This document shows positions 44,936-57,700 of a stretch of 64,000 bases of DNA, piece by piece. Every line of letters begins with the position of its first letter. Position 1 is the stretch's first letter. Origin of the DNA: Rhynchopus sp. YZ270_cl-10 (Eukaryota). The DNA lies in the NCBI GenBank assembly GCA_964035575.1, contig OZ037837.1, positions 1,860,001 through 1,924,000 on the forward strand, given 5' to 3'. The notes under the pieces are model-generated. The model made no database searches. It was not told the origin of the DNA and worked only from the letters and a program-made list of their open reading frames with translations. Both the position numbers and the translations under genes were made by a program.

Positions 44936-45365
44936 CTTGCAGTCTCCACACGTCAGACCTCCGGCACACTGGGAGTTTCACAGCTTGCAGTTGGTGACAT
45001 GGAAAAAACATAGCCTTTCACCAGATGAGCTCACGACTCACGACACTGACGACGGCACTGGAGCAGAGTGGAGGGAGTCTGGTGACGCTGCTTGGGAACT
45101 GTGTATGGGTGGAATTCCCGTAAGGCGTATTGCTTTCTCTCAAATATGTGCCTGTCTTTTGAGGTTGTTTACACTTGAAAAATCATTTTACGACGGAGTT
45201 GGGCGCTGTGCGAGGAGGCTGTGCGTGACGGGGTTGTGTGTCTGTGCCAGCCTCCTGAAGGGACAACACTGCCGTCTGCACTTGAAGACGTTCTTGTGCA
45301 ACACAAGGGTTGTGACCGGGTGCTTGAGGCACAGGACAACAGGTAACACAGCAATGTGTTTTAGC
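44936..45365 (+). pseudogene. Relic of gene-1 3' region, right part
   Basis: Matches ~4503-4670 and ~4857-5035 with an internal replacement and a frameshift. Confidence 0.85.
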
Positions 45366-45951
45366 TGTGCTCTTGCGACTACCAGGTGTTCACTGTTAGG
45401 CAGTTGCAGCGCAACTGAGCACAATTACACCACAATTACAGCACAATTGCAGCAGCCCAAAACGGTACACTTTTGTGATTTTTCGTGATTTTTTGTGATC
45501 GAGAGAATTTGAAAATATTTTTTGTGAATATTTTTTCCCACCACCCCCTGTCGCTACCCCACCTGCATTCTTTTCCAAGAAGTGCTTTTTTTTGTCCCTT
45601 CAACACACACGTTCTGTCTTTGTACACTACAGTTGGACAAGAAACTTGGCGACCAAAATAATTAGCGACCAAATAATATTGGCGGATTTTTTTGTCGACA
45701 ATATTACTTGGTAGGATAGTGGTTCTTAGTCACATTGGTTGGGAAGTAGCTTTTTTCGCAACGTTTGGTAATGTTTTTGTGCCTCCCTTCGACTCACTAT
45801 GTGCATTTTTGGGTGTCTGCATGAGTGCGTGGTGCGGAGCTAATGTCTTTCCCCACTCTCCCGCATCCTCTTGCCCACAGCACCCAGTCCCCACAAGAAC
45901 ACCACACCACAACAGGAACCCTACACGTGACGGGAGCGGCTGTGTGGTGGG

Positions 45952-47721
45952 ATGCAATGTCTCAATGCAGTGCTGTCGATGGACGGGACACTCAGCAGCA
46001 AGGCCAGAGAGAGGCGCACCAGGTTTTTTATCTTTGCCAGTGTCTGTCTATTTGCGCTTTTGGTGAACTTTGCAGGCTCGTTTTCGATGCATATGAAGAT
46101 CCCAATCTATCTGGCTGCGACTGTGTTCTGCCTTATTGGAGTTAGCATTGCTGTTTGTGCAGTGCTGTGCAGGTTTCGGCTGAACACACATCTGGTGGTA
46201 GGTGCACTGTACTTGGTAGCGGTTGGCTTCCTGCTGCTTGACTTCGGAGGCCGTGCAATGTCGGTAACACAATGGCCGTTGCTTGTGCTCGTAATCGACA
46301 TGTTGCTTGTGATGCAGGTGCCTGCACGGTACAGCTTGGGGCTCGTCTGTTTCATAGTTCTGTGGCTTCTCCTGCTTGGTGTTGAGGAGAGCTTCAGGTT
46401 TGGTCTGTTTGACCTGCCAGTAATGCCAGCACAGGAGGGTGAGTACGGGCGACAGTATTTTCATGACATGCGTTACCACTGTGCCACTCTGCCGTGTCCA
46501 GTGACGTTTCCTTCTTCTGGCCTGATGGGATCGCTGACGGTCTTTGTCATTGACTTCATCGTGACTCGAGGCTTCGCACACGAAGTGCTGAAGGAGCAGG
46601 CATCAATGGAGCGGACGATCAACACTGTGCAGGAGATTGCCTCACTCCTGGCTTCCTACGACGTGGAGAAGGTGGCAGAGCTGCTGGAGGCACACAGAGA
46701 CGAGCTGCCTGAGGGGATGAGTGCAGCGCTGCGTGCGTTGGAGAAGAACCTGCGGTCATACAAAGCGTACCTGCCTCAGACGTGTCTGCTTGTGGGTGAA
46801 GAAGTGGCTGATGAAGGCAGCGAAGTACAGTCTGAGAGTGGACATTATACAGATGCGACTGATTCACATTGCACTTCTGAAAGTGAACATTCTGCAAGCG
46901 TGCGTTACGTTCCTCTTGGGCTGTCGTCTGTGAAGGCCACGCTACTGACGGTGCACATCAAAGACACGTTGCGTTTCTTGGATGAGGACTGTGCACTCTT
47001 CTCCTCCTTCTTCACAACCCTTCTTCTGAAGACGTTGCAAGCAACAGAGTCATACCGTGGGATGGTGGACGTGTTCGTCGGTGACAAGGTGCACTGCTCC
47101 TTCAACACGTCAAAGAGATGTGCGAACCACGCCACCTCAGCACTGCACACAGCAGCAGTGTTGATGAAGGGATTGATGCCGTCGCAGGTGAACATCGGTG
47201 TTGCATCTGGGAAGGTGCTGCGTGGTGAGATGGGATGTGACGTGATGCGCCGCTTCAGCATGGTGGGCACACTTGTGCGTGACGTGCATGGGATGGAACA
47301 TGCAGGACGTATCCTTGGCTGCGACGTGCTCTGCAACCGTATGTGCTTCAGCGATGCCGAGTGTGAACACGTGCTGCGCTTGCTTCCGTGCAAGGTGGAC
47401 GTGTCTGCAACCTGTGCGGAACATGAAGTGGTGGCTGAGCTTCTTCTGCACGACACACCTTCGGACAGTCCTGCAGAGGAATGGATGTACACCATCGGGA
47501 GGAACAGTGAGTGGGAGCACTACAACACAGCAGTGCGGAAGTACCTGAGAGGCGACGTGTCTGCTGCAGCAGTTGAAGAGGCTGCACAGGGTTGTCCTTG
47601 TTCACGGAGCCCGTTGAGCGTGCATCCCTCGACAGTGAAGGGCGGGCTTCTGAGCGTGGCCTTGGCACGACCGCTGCAGGACAATGAACGGGGTGATGCA
47701 ATTAGTTTGTTATCTACATGA
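45952..47721 (+). CDS. Multi-pass membrane protein with pseudo-cyclase domain, 589 aa
   Basis: Close paralog of 18380-20161. The last residues are altered by an indel near 47690. Confidence 0.85.
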   Translation: MQCLNAVLSMDGTLSSKARERRTRFFIFASVCLFALLVNFAGSFSMHMKIPIYLAATVFCLIGVSIAVCAVLCRFRLNTHLVVGALYLVAVGFLLLDFGGRAMSVTQWPLLVLVIDMLLVMQVPARYSLGLVCFIVLWLLLLGVEESFRFGLFDLPVMPAQEGEYGRQYFHDMRYHCATLPCPVTFPSSGLMGSLTVFVIDFIVTRGFAHEVLKEQASMERTINTVQEIASLLASYDVEKVAELLEAHRDELPEGMSAALRALEKNLRSYKAYLPQTCLLVGEEVADEGSEVQSESGHYTDATDSHCTSESEHSASVRYVPLGLSSVKATLLTVHIKDTLRFLDEDCALFSSFFTTLLLKTLQATESYRGMVDVFVGDKVHCSFNTSKRCANHATSALHTAAVLMKGLMPSQVNIGVASGKVLRGEMGCDVMRRFSMVGTLVRDVHGMEHAGRILGCDVLCNRMCFSDAECEHVLRLLPCKVDVSATCAEHEVVAELLLHDTPSDSPAEEWMYTIGRNSEWEHYNTAVRKYLRGDVSAAAVEEAAQGCPCSRSPLSVHPSTVKGGLLSVALARPLQDNERGDAISLLST

Positions 47722-47769
47722 TTCGTGACCATCAGGAGATGCTGAAGATCATCTTGTGAACTCTTCTTT

Positions 47770-48165
47770 TTTTAGAACGAACCTTTGTGAGGACCAGGGA
47801 ACTATGAGAAGAACCACCTTTGCGAGTCTTGCCAAACGGAATACTAGTCTTGGTGGAGGGGGTCTGGTGACGCTGCTTGGGATCCCAAAGTGTTTTTGGA
47901 TGAAAGCCCGTAAAGCCGCCAGGGGTATTGCTTTCTCTCAAATATGTGCCTGTGTTTTGAGGTTTTTTGCACTTGAAAAATATTTTTGCGTCGGAGTTGG
48001 GCGCTGTGCGAGGAGGCTGTGCGTGACGGGGTTGTGTGTCTGTACGAGCCTCCTAAAGGGACAACACTGCCGTCTGCACTTGAAGACGTTCTTGTGCAAC
48101 ACAAGGGTTGTTACCGGGTGCTTGAGGCACAGGACAACAGGGAACGCGACAATGTGTTTTAGCTA
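47770..48165 (+). pseudogene. Third relic of the gene-1 3' region
   Basis: 47988-48161 matches ~4853-5027. The upstream part is deleted or diverged and shares the GTATTGCTTTCTCTCAAATATGTGCC insert with the 45127 relic. Confidence 0.8.
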
Positions 48166-48786
48166 GCCATGTGTTCACTGTTGGCAGTTGCAGCCTTTGT
48201 GTGTATGGCCCAAAGGTGCTTCCTGATGTATTCGTGTTATATTTTCCGAAGTGGGCAAAACAATTTCTGGGTGAAAGTCAAATTTACACTAATTTCGAGT
48301 TCGGGTTATTTTCTGTTCGAGAATTATGGGGGGCGGGGGAGTTATTATTTCTAAGGCTATGACTACTTACTAGCCATGGTGACATGTGGATGATTCATAT
48401 TACCTCATCCACACACCTGCATTCTTTTCCAAGAAGTGCATATTTTTGTCTCTATTACACACACATTCTGTCTTTGGTTACTATGTGTCACCCTCCCCGC
48501 TTTCCTGGCTCAGCTGACATTGACACCTCTTTTCTTAGTCAATGCTCTGATGGTAGTCATACACTGAAGCGGACTAATTTTATTGTCTTTTGTAAAACTA
48601 CTTGTAGCATTAGCCCCCTGCATTCCGTCACCCTTTTTGTCAAAGTAATCATTTTTCTGTACAAAAACTCTCGTACAGCTCATGCTAGCGTTGTGAGGAT
48701 AACAATGCGCATACTGCCATTGTCCCTTTTGATGCAATGTCGCCATCTGTCGCTCACCACACAACCTCATGCATCCATACAGAATC

Positions 48787-51700
48787 ATGGCAGTATCTGT
48801 CCACATAATGCTGTTTCTGGCTGCATTCTGTGCAGTTGTCCTGTGTACATCCGCTGCGGCTTCTCCTCTGGCACCGATCGATCCCAGCTGCACACTGAAG
48901 ACCGTGGTTGAGTTCCATGAAGAGAGCGACTTCAACACATCGCAGCCGACCTACTTCGGGGGTGGTGTGGTCCTGCAGGCGAAGGTGAATGTAGCGGAGT
49001 TCCGATGGAACCAGACTGTGGTGATGTTCGGGAACGTGCTTGCTGCCGACATGGTGTGCTTGAGGCATGCGCAAAACGGCGGCATCTCCTTCACCTCCTC
49101 TGCCTCTGACGGTTCTGCCGCGACGATCACCTCTGGACCTGTTGGGTTGAATGAGAACCTCAGTGTGCACGTATCGATCCTCGAGAGTGGAATATGTTAT
49201 CTGTACATCAACAGCATCTTAGAGGCGGTTGGGAACTGCCCCGTCCCTGCGCTGGTGGTGCGTTGGGAGAACCGTGTGCGCGAGTCTGCCCCTGATTACG
49301 TAGCCATGAGCGGGACTGTGAGTGATTTGAAACTGAGTGCCTGTGTCGTCTTGCCGCCGCCTACAGCATACCCAGCACCGGACTGCGCACTGCAGGCTGT
49401 GGTGGGGTTTGAAGACGAGAAGGATTTCAACCAGTCGCAGCCGCTGTACTTCGGGGGTGGGGTGGTGATGGAGGCTGATATCGAGATCATCGTTGAAGCG
49501 TCTGAGGATCAGCCAATAATTCCCATTTTTACGTTTGGCGATTGGATAGGGCAGGGTCTGCGGTACGACGTTTCGCTGAAGCAGACGCTCACCTCGCTGC
49601 AGTTTTCTCACGGAAGCGACACTGTGAGGGCACCTAAGCCGCTGAGTCCCAGCACATCGCACCGGGTGTACATCACGATGATGCCACTGACCCCCGATAC
49701 CACCACTGCGATGTGCTTTATATTCGTCGATGGTGTGCTTGAGGCCCAAGGCATTTCTCCCGTCCCAGGCATGTTGGTGCGCTGGCAGAACCGTATTGGG
49801 CAGTCTTTCTCGCGCAACGATCCGAATATGGACGGCAGTGTGAGGAACTTCAAGCTGAGTGCCTGCAACGTGTTGCCAGCACCAACAGAACAGGAGGCAC
49901 CGACGTGCACTCTGTCCACTGCAGTGGCGTTTCAAAACGAGAATGAGTTTAACGAGTCGCAGCCGACCTACTTCGGGGGTGGGGTTGTGATCGAGGCGAA
50001 GGTGACGTTGACAGAGTACGTAGATGGGTCCAACATCTTCAGCTTTGGGATGTGCGGGGAGGCGGTGGAGTGCCCTGTGAGCCTGAGCCAGCATCTCGAG
50101 GGCCTCTCGTTCACGACTCAAACAGGAGGTCCGATAGTTACGCCGTTGCCGTTCGGGCTGAACGTGGAGCGGCATGTGTACATCGCCGTGGTTCCTTCTG
50201 GCCAATCTGCGACGTGCTACATCTACATCGATGGAGTGAAGCAGACGCAGGGTACGTGCGATGCTCCGTACCTGATGGTGCGCTATCTGAACCGCATTGG
50301 GAAGTCGCGTTCCACTGCGCTGGATATGAAAGGGGAAGTCAGGGATTTCCAGCTGCGTGCCTGCAACGTGCTGCCAGCACCAACGAACTACCCGTCGCCG
50401 AACTGCGCACTGCAGACTGTTGCGGAGTTTACGGATGAGAGTGAGTTCAACCAGTCGCAGGCGACGTACTTTGGGGGTGGGATTGTGGTGGAGGCAACGG
50501 TGGCGGTCTTGGAGGAGACAGACGGCGCCCCCGTGTTTGGGTTCAGCAACGGAATAGGGGTGGAGGCGGTGATGCTGAGGTCGAGCGGGCGTGGCAGGCT
50601 TGCGTTCACGTCGACACCTCAGACCATCACAGCTGCACGCGAGGTTGGTGTGGGTGTGGAGCACCGTGTGTACGTTTCCATTGTTCCGATCCAAGGAAGC
50701 GTGGAGAGTTGGTGCTATCTCTACGTCGACGGGCTGCCAGAGATGCAGGGCAGATGCCAGGTTCCGCCGCTTGCAATACGTTGGGAGAATAAAATTGCGA
50801 AGGGTAACAACTTGCCCAACTGGAACGGGACAGTCGGGAACTTCAAAATGAGCGCATGCGACGTGCTTCCGGCGCCAACGCAGTTCCCAACACCGAACTG
50901 CACACTGCACGACGTGGTGGAGCTGCTGGGGGAGAGTGAGTTCGATCCGTTCCAGGCGACGTACTTCGGGGGTGGGGTTGTGATCGAGGCGAAGGTGACC
51001 CTCACAGAGTACGCGCTCTACTCAATGGTGTTTGGCTTCAACAATGCTTTGTCCACCGCTGCAATGGTCCTGAGTCAGAGCGGGTCAGGGCTGCTCTCGC
51101 TCATGTCCACATCCCAAGCTCAGCCGCTCAGATCCTTCCGACCCTTCGGGCTGAATGTGGAGCGCACTGTGCACATTGTCAGTGTCCCTAGCATCGACAG
51201 CTCAACGGCCACCTGCTTTATCTACATTGACGGCCTAATGGAAGCCCAGGGCGAATGCCCAGTGACACCAGTGCTGGAGCGAAGGGACAACCACATTGGG
51301 CAAATGTCAGAGCAGGTGAAAGACTTCAAGGTGCGTGCATGCCATGTCTTGACACCTTCGCACTTCCCCGAGCCGACGTGCACCCTCTCCACTGCAGTGG
51401 CGTTTCAAAACGAGAGTGAGTTCAACCAGTCGCAGACTACTGACTTCGGGGGTGGGATGGTGATAGAGGCGAAGGTGCTGTTCACGGAGTACGCGGAAGG
51501 GACGCAACCTGTGTTCAGCTTCAGCAACGGCCACTGGGATGCAGTGTCCTTGAGACAAGAGGGCGAGGGTGGGGGCCTCGTCTTCATCAGTGGCCCTGGC
51601 TATTCTTTCTACGTTCCTGGGCCGTTCGGACTGAATGTGGAGCGCAGTGTGTTCATTTCGATGGTTCCAAACCTGCCCGACAGCACGCAAGGCACGTGTT

Positions 51701-54700
51701 TCATTTATCTCGACGGAGTTCTCCAGGGACAAGGGGTATGCCCAGTGCCACAGGTCATGGCACGCTACACAAGCCGGGTTGGCATCGATGATTTCGGAAC
51801 CCTGCACGGCAACGTGAGTGAGTTCAAGCTGAGTGCCTGCAACGTGTTGCCAGCACCGAGTCAGTACCCCCCTCTGAACTGTGCAGCGCAGACTGTGGTG
51901 GAGTTCCAGTCAGAGAATGAGTTCAACGAGTCGCAGGCGACGTACTTCGGGGGTGGGATTGCGATCGAGGCAAAGGTGACGCTGACGTCGTACTCAGACT
52001 CTGCACCCATCTTCCTATCCTGCACAGGGGCGGAGAAAATGTGCATCCAGCTGAAGCAGAGCGATACTTCTCCCGGGCATTTGACCCTCGAAACCTTCTC
52101 CTCCACTGACCTGTCCAAAACAGTCACAAGCTTGATCCCACTTGGACGGAATGTCGAGCGCAGTGTGCACATCGCAGTCCAGCCGCTGGCCCCTTACAGC
52201 ACTGATGCCACATGCTTTATCTTCATCGACGGGGTGTACAACGTCAAGGGGGAGTGCTACGTGCCCCCTTTGGTGCTGCGCAGACACAATCTCATCGCAA
52301 AGTCCCTCACCCCCAGGGTGCACGCGGGGGTGAATGTGAGGAAGTTCAGCCTCCGAGCGTGCACAGTGCTAGAGGCACCGACACAGTACCCCGCACCGGC
52401 CTGCAGCCTCTCCACGGTGCTGGAGTTTAAGGAAGAGAGCGAGTACAACCAGTCCCAGTTCACGTACTTCGGGGGCGAGGTCGTGATTGAAGCGAACGTG
52501 ACACTCACATCCTACACAAGCGATGCTGACATATTGCTTGTGGGCAACATAGACGGATCCATGGTCATGTCACTTACGGTGACCTCGGGGTCGAAGCTGG
52601 CCTTCACCACACCGGACAAGAACGGCTGGGCGAGCTCCGTAGTGTCGTCGACGAGTTTTGGTGTGGGTGTGGAGCGGTACGTCTACGTGTCTGCGCAGGT
52701 GTCCGACGACGGTACCTCGTCCTTTTGCTATCTTTACATCGACGGCGTGCTTCACGCCGTAAAGGAGTGCACCCTTCCTGCTTCCGGTATTAGGTGGCGT
52801 AACTTCATCGGAAGAGACATCGAGGGTCGGGCCAACCTTCCCGGTACTGTGCGTGACTTCAAGCTGAATGGCTGCCACGTCAAGACACCACCTACAGCGT
52901 ACCCAGCACCGGACTGCGAACTTAAGACTGTGGTGGAGTTCGTAGACCTGAGTCAGTACAACCAGTCGCAGGCGACGTACTTCGGGGGCGGGATCGAGGT
53001 GGAGCTGAAGCTGCGCCTCACAGAGTACGTGGATTCTGCGGACGTGTTTTTCTTCGGAAACGTTGTCGGGGGCTACCGGACAAAGGAGTCCTCAGTGCTG
53101 ACTGTGCAATCAGGGCTGCTCACTTTCTTTCCCCCTGGTGACAATAGCGGCGGGATGAAAGCATTGCACCGACTTGAACTGAACGTGGAATACAACATCC
53201 GTATGGCTGTTGCACTTTACGCTGGTTGTGTACTATTCATTGACGGGGAGCTGCAGGCACTTCTCGACTCCTGGGTGTACGTGAGCAACCCTGTGCTGAA
53301 CTGGCAGAATTATATTGGCCGGGGTATAAACGGCACTGTGAGAGATTTCAAATTGGCTGCCTGCAAGCAATCTGTGCTGCCAGCACCATCACTGCTCCCG
53401 GCTCCGAACTGCACACTGCACACTGCGGTTCAGTTTACGGAAAAGAGCGACTACAACAGAACGCAGATGACCCAATTCGGGGGTGGGCTTGTCATCAGGG
53501 CGAAGGTGATGGTGAGACAGTACCTGTCTTCGTCTATCATGCAGTTCAGCACGTACTATGGGTACAACGAGATGGGCCTGAAACTGGGTTATGATGGCAG
53601 GATCTCGTTGATAACCTCCCAAACGTACTACTCAGGCGCAGAGAGTGACCCGTCCATCATCACCACTACTGACCCCATAGGGCTAAACGTCGAGCGGTCA
53701 ATCTACGTTACCATAGCCACAGATGGCGACGGAGCTCACTACGGGGGGGGAAGGTGCTACATCTATGTGGATGATGTCTTGCAGGCCCAAGGGGGCTGCC
53801 TTGCCCCGCTGCTGGTGGTTCGGCAAGAGGAAATTGTTGCACCTCTGCGCGGTACAGTGCGGGACTACAAACTGTCTTCATGCGTTGTCTTGCGAGCGCC
53901 GACGCAGTTCCCAGGGAACTGCTCACTGAAAACTGTGGTGGAGTTCAAGGAGCAGAGCGACTTCAACACATCGCAGGCGACCTACTTCGGGGGTGGGGTG
54001 TCCATCGACCTAAAGCTGAAGGTCTTCGGCACGGAAAACTATCGGTCCTCTGTGTTTCAGTTTGGGAACTACGGGGAGGACGACAGCATCGCTCTTGTAC
54101 TCATACCAAGCCGCAATCCTCCCAAGGCGAACATGATCACCCCAGGCGATCATGGTCACGGGACTGACGCTGATGTTTTCATTGGGACGGATGTGGAGCG
54201 CAGCATTCACCTCTCCATCATCCCCACGTACTACGACGCGGAAGGGAACACAAACGCCACATGCTACTTCTTCGTGGATGGGATACTCCAGTACAGGTAT
54301 AAGTGCAATTTTCCGGCGCTGGATGTCCGGTGGCTGAGCCTCATCGGAAGGGCACCGGATGACAAGAAGCAGAACCTCAATGGGACTGTGAGGGACTTCA
54401 CGCTGCGTGCATGCGACGTGCTGCCAGCACCAACGCAGTTCCCGTCGCCGAACTGCACACTGCAGACTGTGGTTGAGGTGAGCGACGAGAGTGCTTTCAA
54501 CAGGTCGCAGGCGACGTACTTTGGGGGTGGTATTACGATTGAGGCAAAGGTGCTGTTTACGTCGTACACAGAGCGGGAGATGTCCGTGTTCCGGTTCTGC
54601 GATAGCTCTACGCGTGAATGCGTGTCTCTGGTGCAGTATGGGGAAGGGTTGCTCCGCTTCACAAGCGGCCAGAGCACGATGACGACTAAGAGTGCGTTCG

Positions 54701-57700
54701 GGTTGAACAAACAGCGCACCGTGCACATTGTGATCATACCCTCGACTACGTACCGTGGGACGGCCTACTTGTTCATCGACGGGGTGATTGCAACAGATAT
54801 TGATGATTCTTTCGTGTACCCTCCCTTGAAGCTTCGCAGGCAGAGCAGCGTTGGCGCATCCTATATTTCGCATGTGAGTGACTTCAAGCTGAGTGCGTGC
54901 ACCGTGCTGCCAGCACCGACGCAATATCCAACACCGAACTGCACGCTGCAGACTGTGGTGGAGTTCCAAAACGACACTGAGTACAACCAGTCGCAGGCGT
55001 TGTACTTCGGGGGTGGGCTGGTGATTGAGGCGAAGGTGACAGTACGTGGTTACTTTCAGATCTTCACCTTTGGTAATGGGGTGCACGACAGTTTGAATTT
55101 AAGCCTCACATCGCGCGGGAAGCTGTCCCTGACCTATAAGTACTATACTGCCACGTCCTCATTGACCATAGTGCAGTACAGGGAGTACCGCGTCCACATC
55201 GTTATCGAGCGTGAGGGGCATTGCTATTTCTACATTGACGACGTCTTGCAGGTGGAGGAGTCGTTCCCCAAGCAGGTAGCGTTCGTGGGGTGGCTGAACC
55301 ACGTTGGGGAGCCTGCAACGCACCCCAACCAGGTGCGTGACTTCAAGCTGCTTGCGTGTGAAGTGTATCCCCCGCCTACGTCATACCCAGTGTCAAACTG
55401 CACACTGCAGACTTTCCTGGAGTTCCAGAACCCGAATGAGTTCAACCAGTCGCAGGCGACGCACTTCGGGGGTGGGCTCGAAGTGGAGTTGAAGGTGACG
55501 ATCACAGAGTACACAGACACGGCGCAGCAGGTCTTCAGCTTTGCGAACGGGGACGAGGGAGAACAAGACTCCGTATCGCTGGAGGTGGGGCCTTCGGGGA
55601 AGCTGTCATTTGCTGTTGTGAACAGCGACTATCCATCTGGGGTGGTTGTCACAAAAACAGCGTCACTCAACACTTCGGTGCCGTTCGGACTGAACGTCGA
55701 GCGCAGTGTGTACATCTCTATTGTCCCGACACCAGAAAGCATGTACAAGAAAGCGTTTGCGTTTCTCCATATTGACGGCGTGGTAGCGGCGCAATTTGCG
55801 GACTTCGTGATCCCGCAGACGTTGGTGCGCTGGCAGAACCACATTGGGCTGCAAACCGGCTCCTCTGCTTTCCACGGCACCGTCAGGGACTTCAAGGTGC
55901 GTGCATGCGAGGCTACCCCAGCACCGACAGCTCCAGTGCCAGACTGTTGGATGCAGACTGTGGTAGCATTCCAGAACGCAACCTCGTTTGACCCGTCGGG
56001 CTTTCACTTTGGGGGTGGCTTTGTGGTCGAAGCTAAGGTGACCATACCACAGTACACGTCTTCAACAGATGTGTTCAACTTTGGCAATTATGGCAGCACA
56101 GGTGTGAGGCTCACCAGCAACGCAGCTGGGAGGCTCTCGCTGTCTGTCGCCCACGAAAACGGGGTTGAGTATTGCACGACCTCGCAGCCATTTGGGCTGG
56201 ATGTGGAACGCACCGTGTACATCGCAGTTGCCCCGGGAACGCGGGAGGATAACGGCATGTGTTTCATCTACATAGACAACGTGCTTCAGGTGCAGCAGCT
56301 CAACTTCCCAACACCGCTTGTTCAAATCTACCGGGTAAATAGAATAGGCGACCGCCCCGTGTTCCCCAACATCCCAGTCACGGTGCGTGACTTCCGTCTG
56401 CGTGCGTGTACTGTTCTAGGACCTCCAGGACTCCCTGCACCCACCTGCCAGCGATCCGTTGTGGTGGCATTCAAAGACGAGAGCGAGTACAACCAGTCGC
56501 AGGCGACGTACTTCGGGGGTGGTTCGCCTGCGGGCAGCAGCATTGCGGTGGAGGGTGGGGTTGTGATTGAGGCGAAGTTAATGATCACAGAGTACACAGT
56601 CGGGGCGCAGGTGTTCACTTTCGGCAACGGTAAATACGACATGCTGAAACTGGAGGTGGCCGGGCCTTCGGGGCAGCTGTCGTTCCGGCTTGCGACCCCC
56701 TACCCTTACAACACCTACCACATGCAAACCACGTCACAATTTGGGCTGAACGTGGAGCGCCGTGTGTACATCTCTATTGTCCGCAACGATGACGACACGA
56801 GGTGGCAGTGCTTCCTCTTCATCGACGGCGTGCTCGAGGTGCAAGAGGAATATTGTCAGTGCCCTGCTGCGAACACTCGCTGGCAGAACTACATTGGGGA
56901 GTCCATCCCTGGGGGAAAGCCCAACTTACTCGGCACTATTAAGGACTTCGCTCTGAGTGCATGCGAGGTCCTGCCCGCATCAAGACAGCTCGCATCACCC
57001 CGCTGCTACGGAGAGAGTGACGTACTGCAGTTTGCAAACACCAGTATGTTCGACGGATCGCGACCCATGGTCTTCGGTGGCGGGATCACAATTGAGGCGG
57101 ACATTACCTTCTCCGAGTACACGACCGTCAGCTCTCCCGTGATTTCGTTCACCACCAGCGCAGCTTCGGATGCTGTCACTCTGTCCCAAAGCGGACCATC
57201 AGGGCAGCTTATCTTCACAACGTACGGAGAGGGGGCAAACCCAACGACAATTCAAACACCTAAGCCCTTCGGGCTGAACGTGAAGCGGCGTGTGCACATA
57301 TCTGTTCTGGACGAACCCTTTGTCTATGCGGGGAGCAGGGTGTACTGCTTCATCTACATTGACGGTGTGCTGGAGGCGCAAGAGCCCGTTATCGTCCCTC
57401 GTGTGGCTACACGTTGGCAGAACGCTGTTGCACCCGAAGGGGGCCCGCTGTTGTTGGAGAACTTCAAGCTGAGTGCCTGCGACGTTGTGCTTCCTGCAAC
57501 GAAGTACCCTGTGCCCTCTTGTATCCTGAAGACTGTGGTGGATGCGAAGACGCAGAGTGTATCGCCGTTCAACTACACAAACTTTGGGGGTCAGTTTGTG
57601 GCGGTGGCAAACGTGAGCGTCACGGAATATGTCGACAACGCGATCATATTTTACTTTGGCCTCAACAACAGATTGACCTTGTCCATGACACAGGTCGGCC

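Noticed and set aside
45626..45845. Insertion upstream of gene 4 starting CACTACAGTTGG (CACTA- or Tc1-like end)
   Set aside because: It interrupts the conserved upstream block, but no convincing matching right end or TSD was found.
49219..55086. Minus-strand ORFs of 563 aa and 358 aa and many shorter ones
   Set aside because: Antisense shadows of the giant + strand repeat ORF, with no protein-like motifs.
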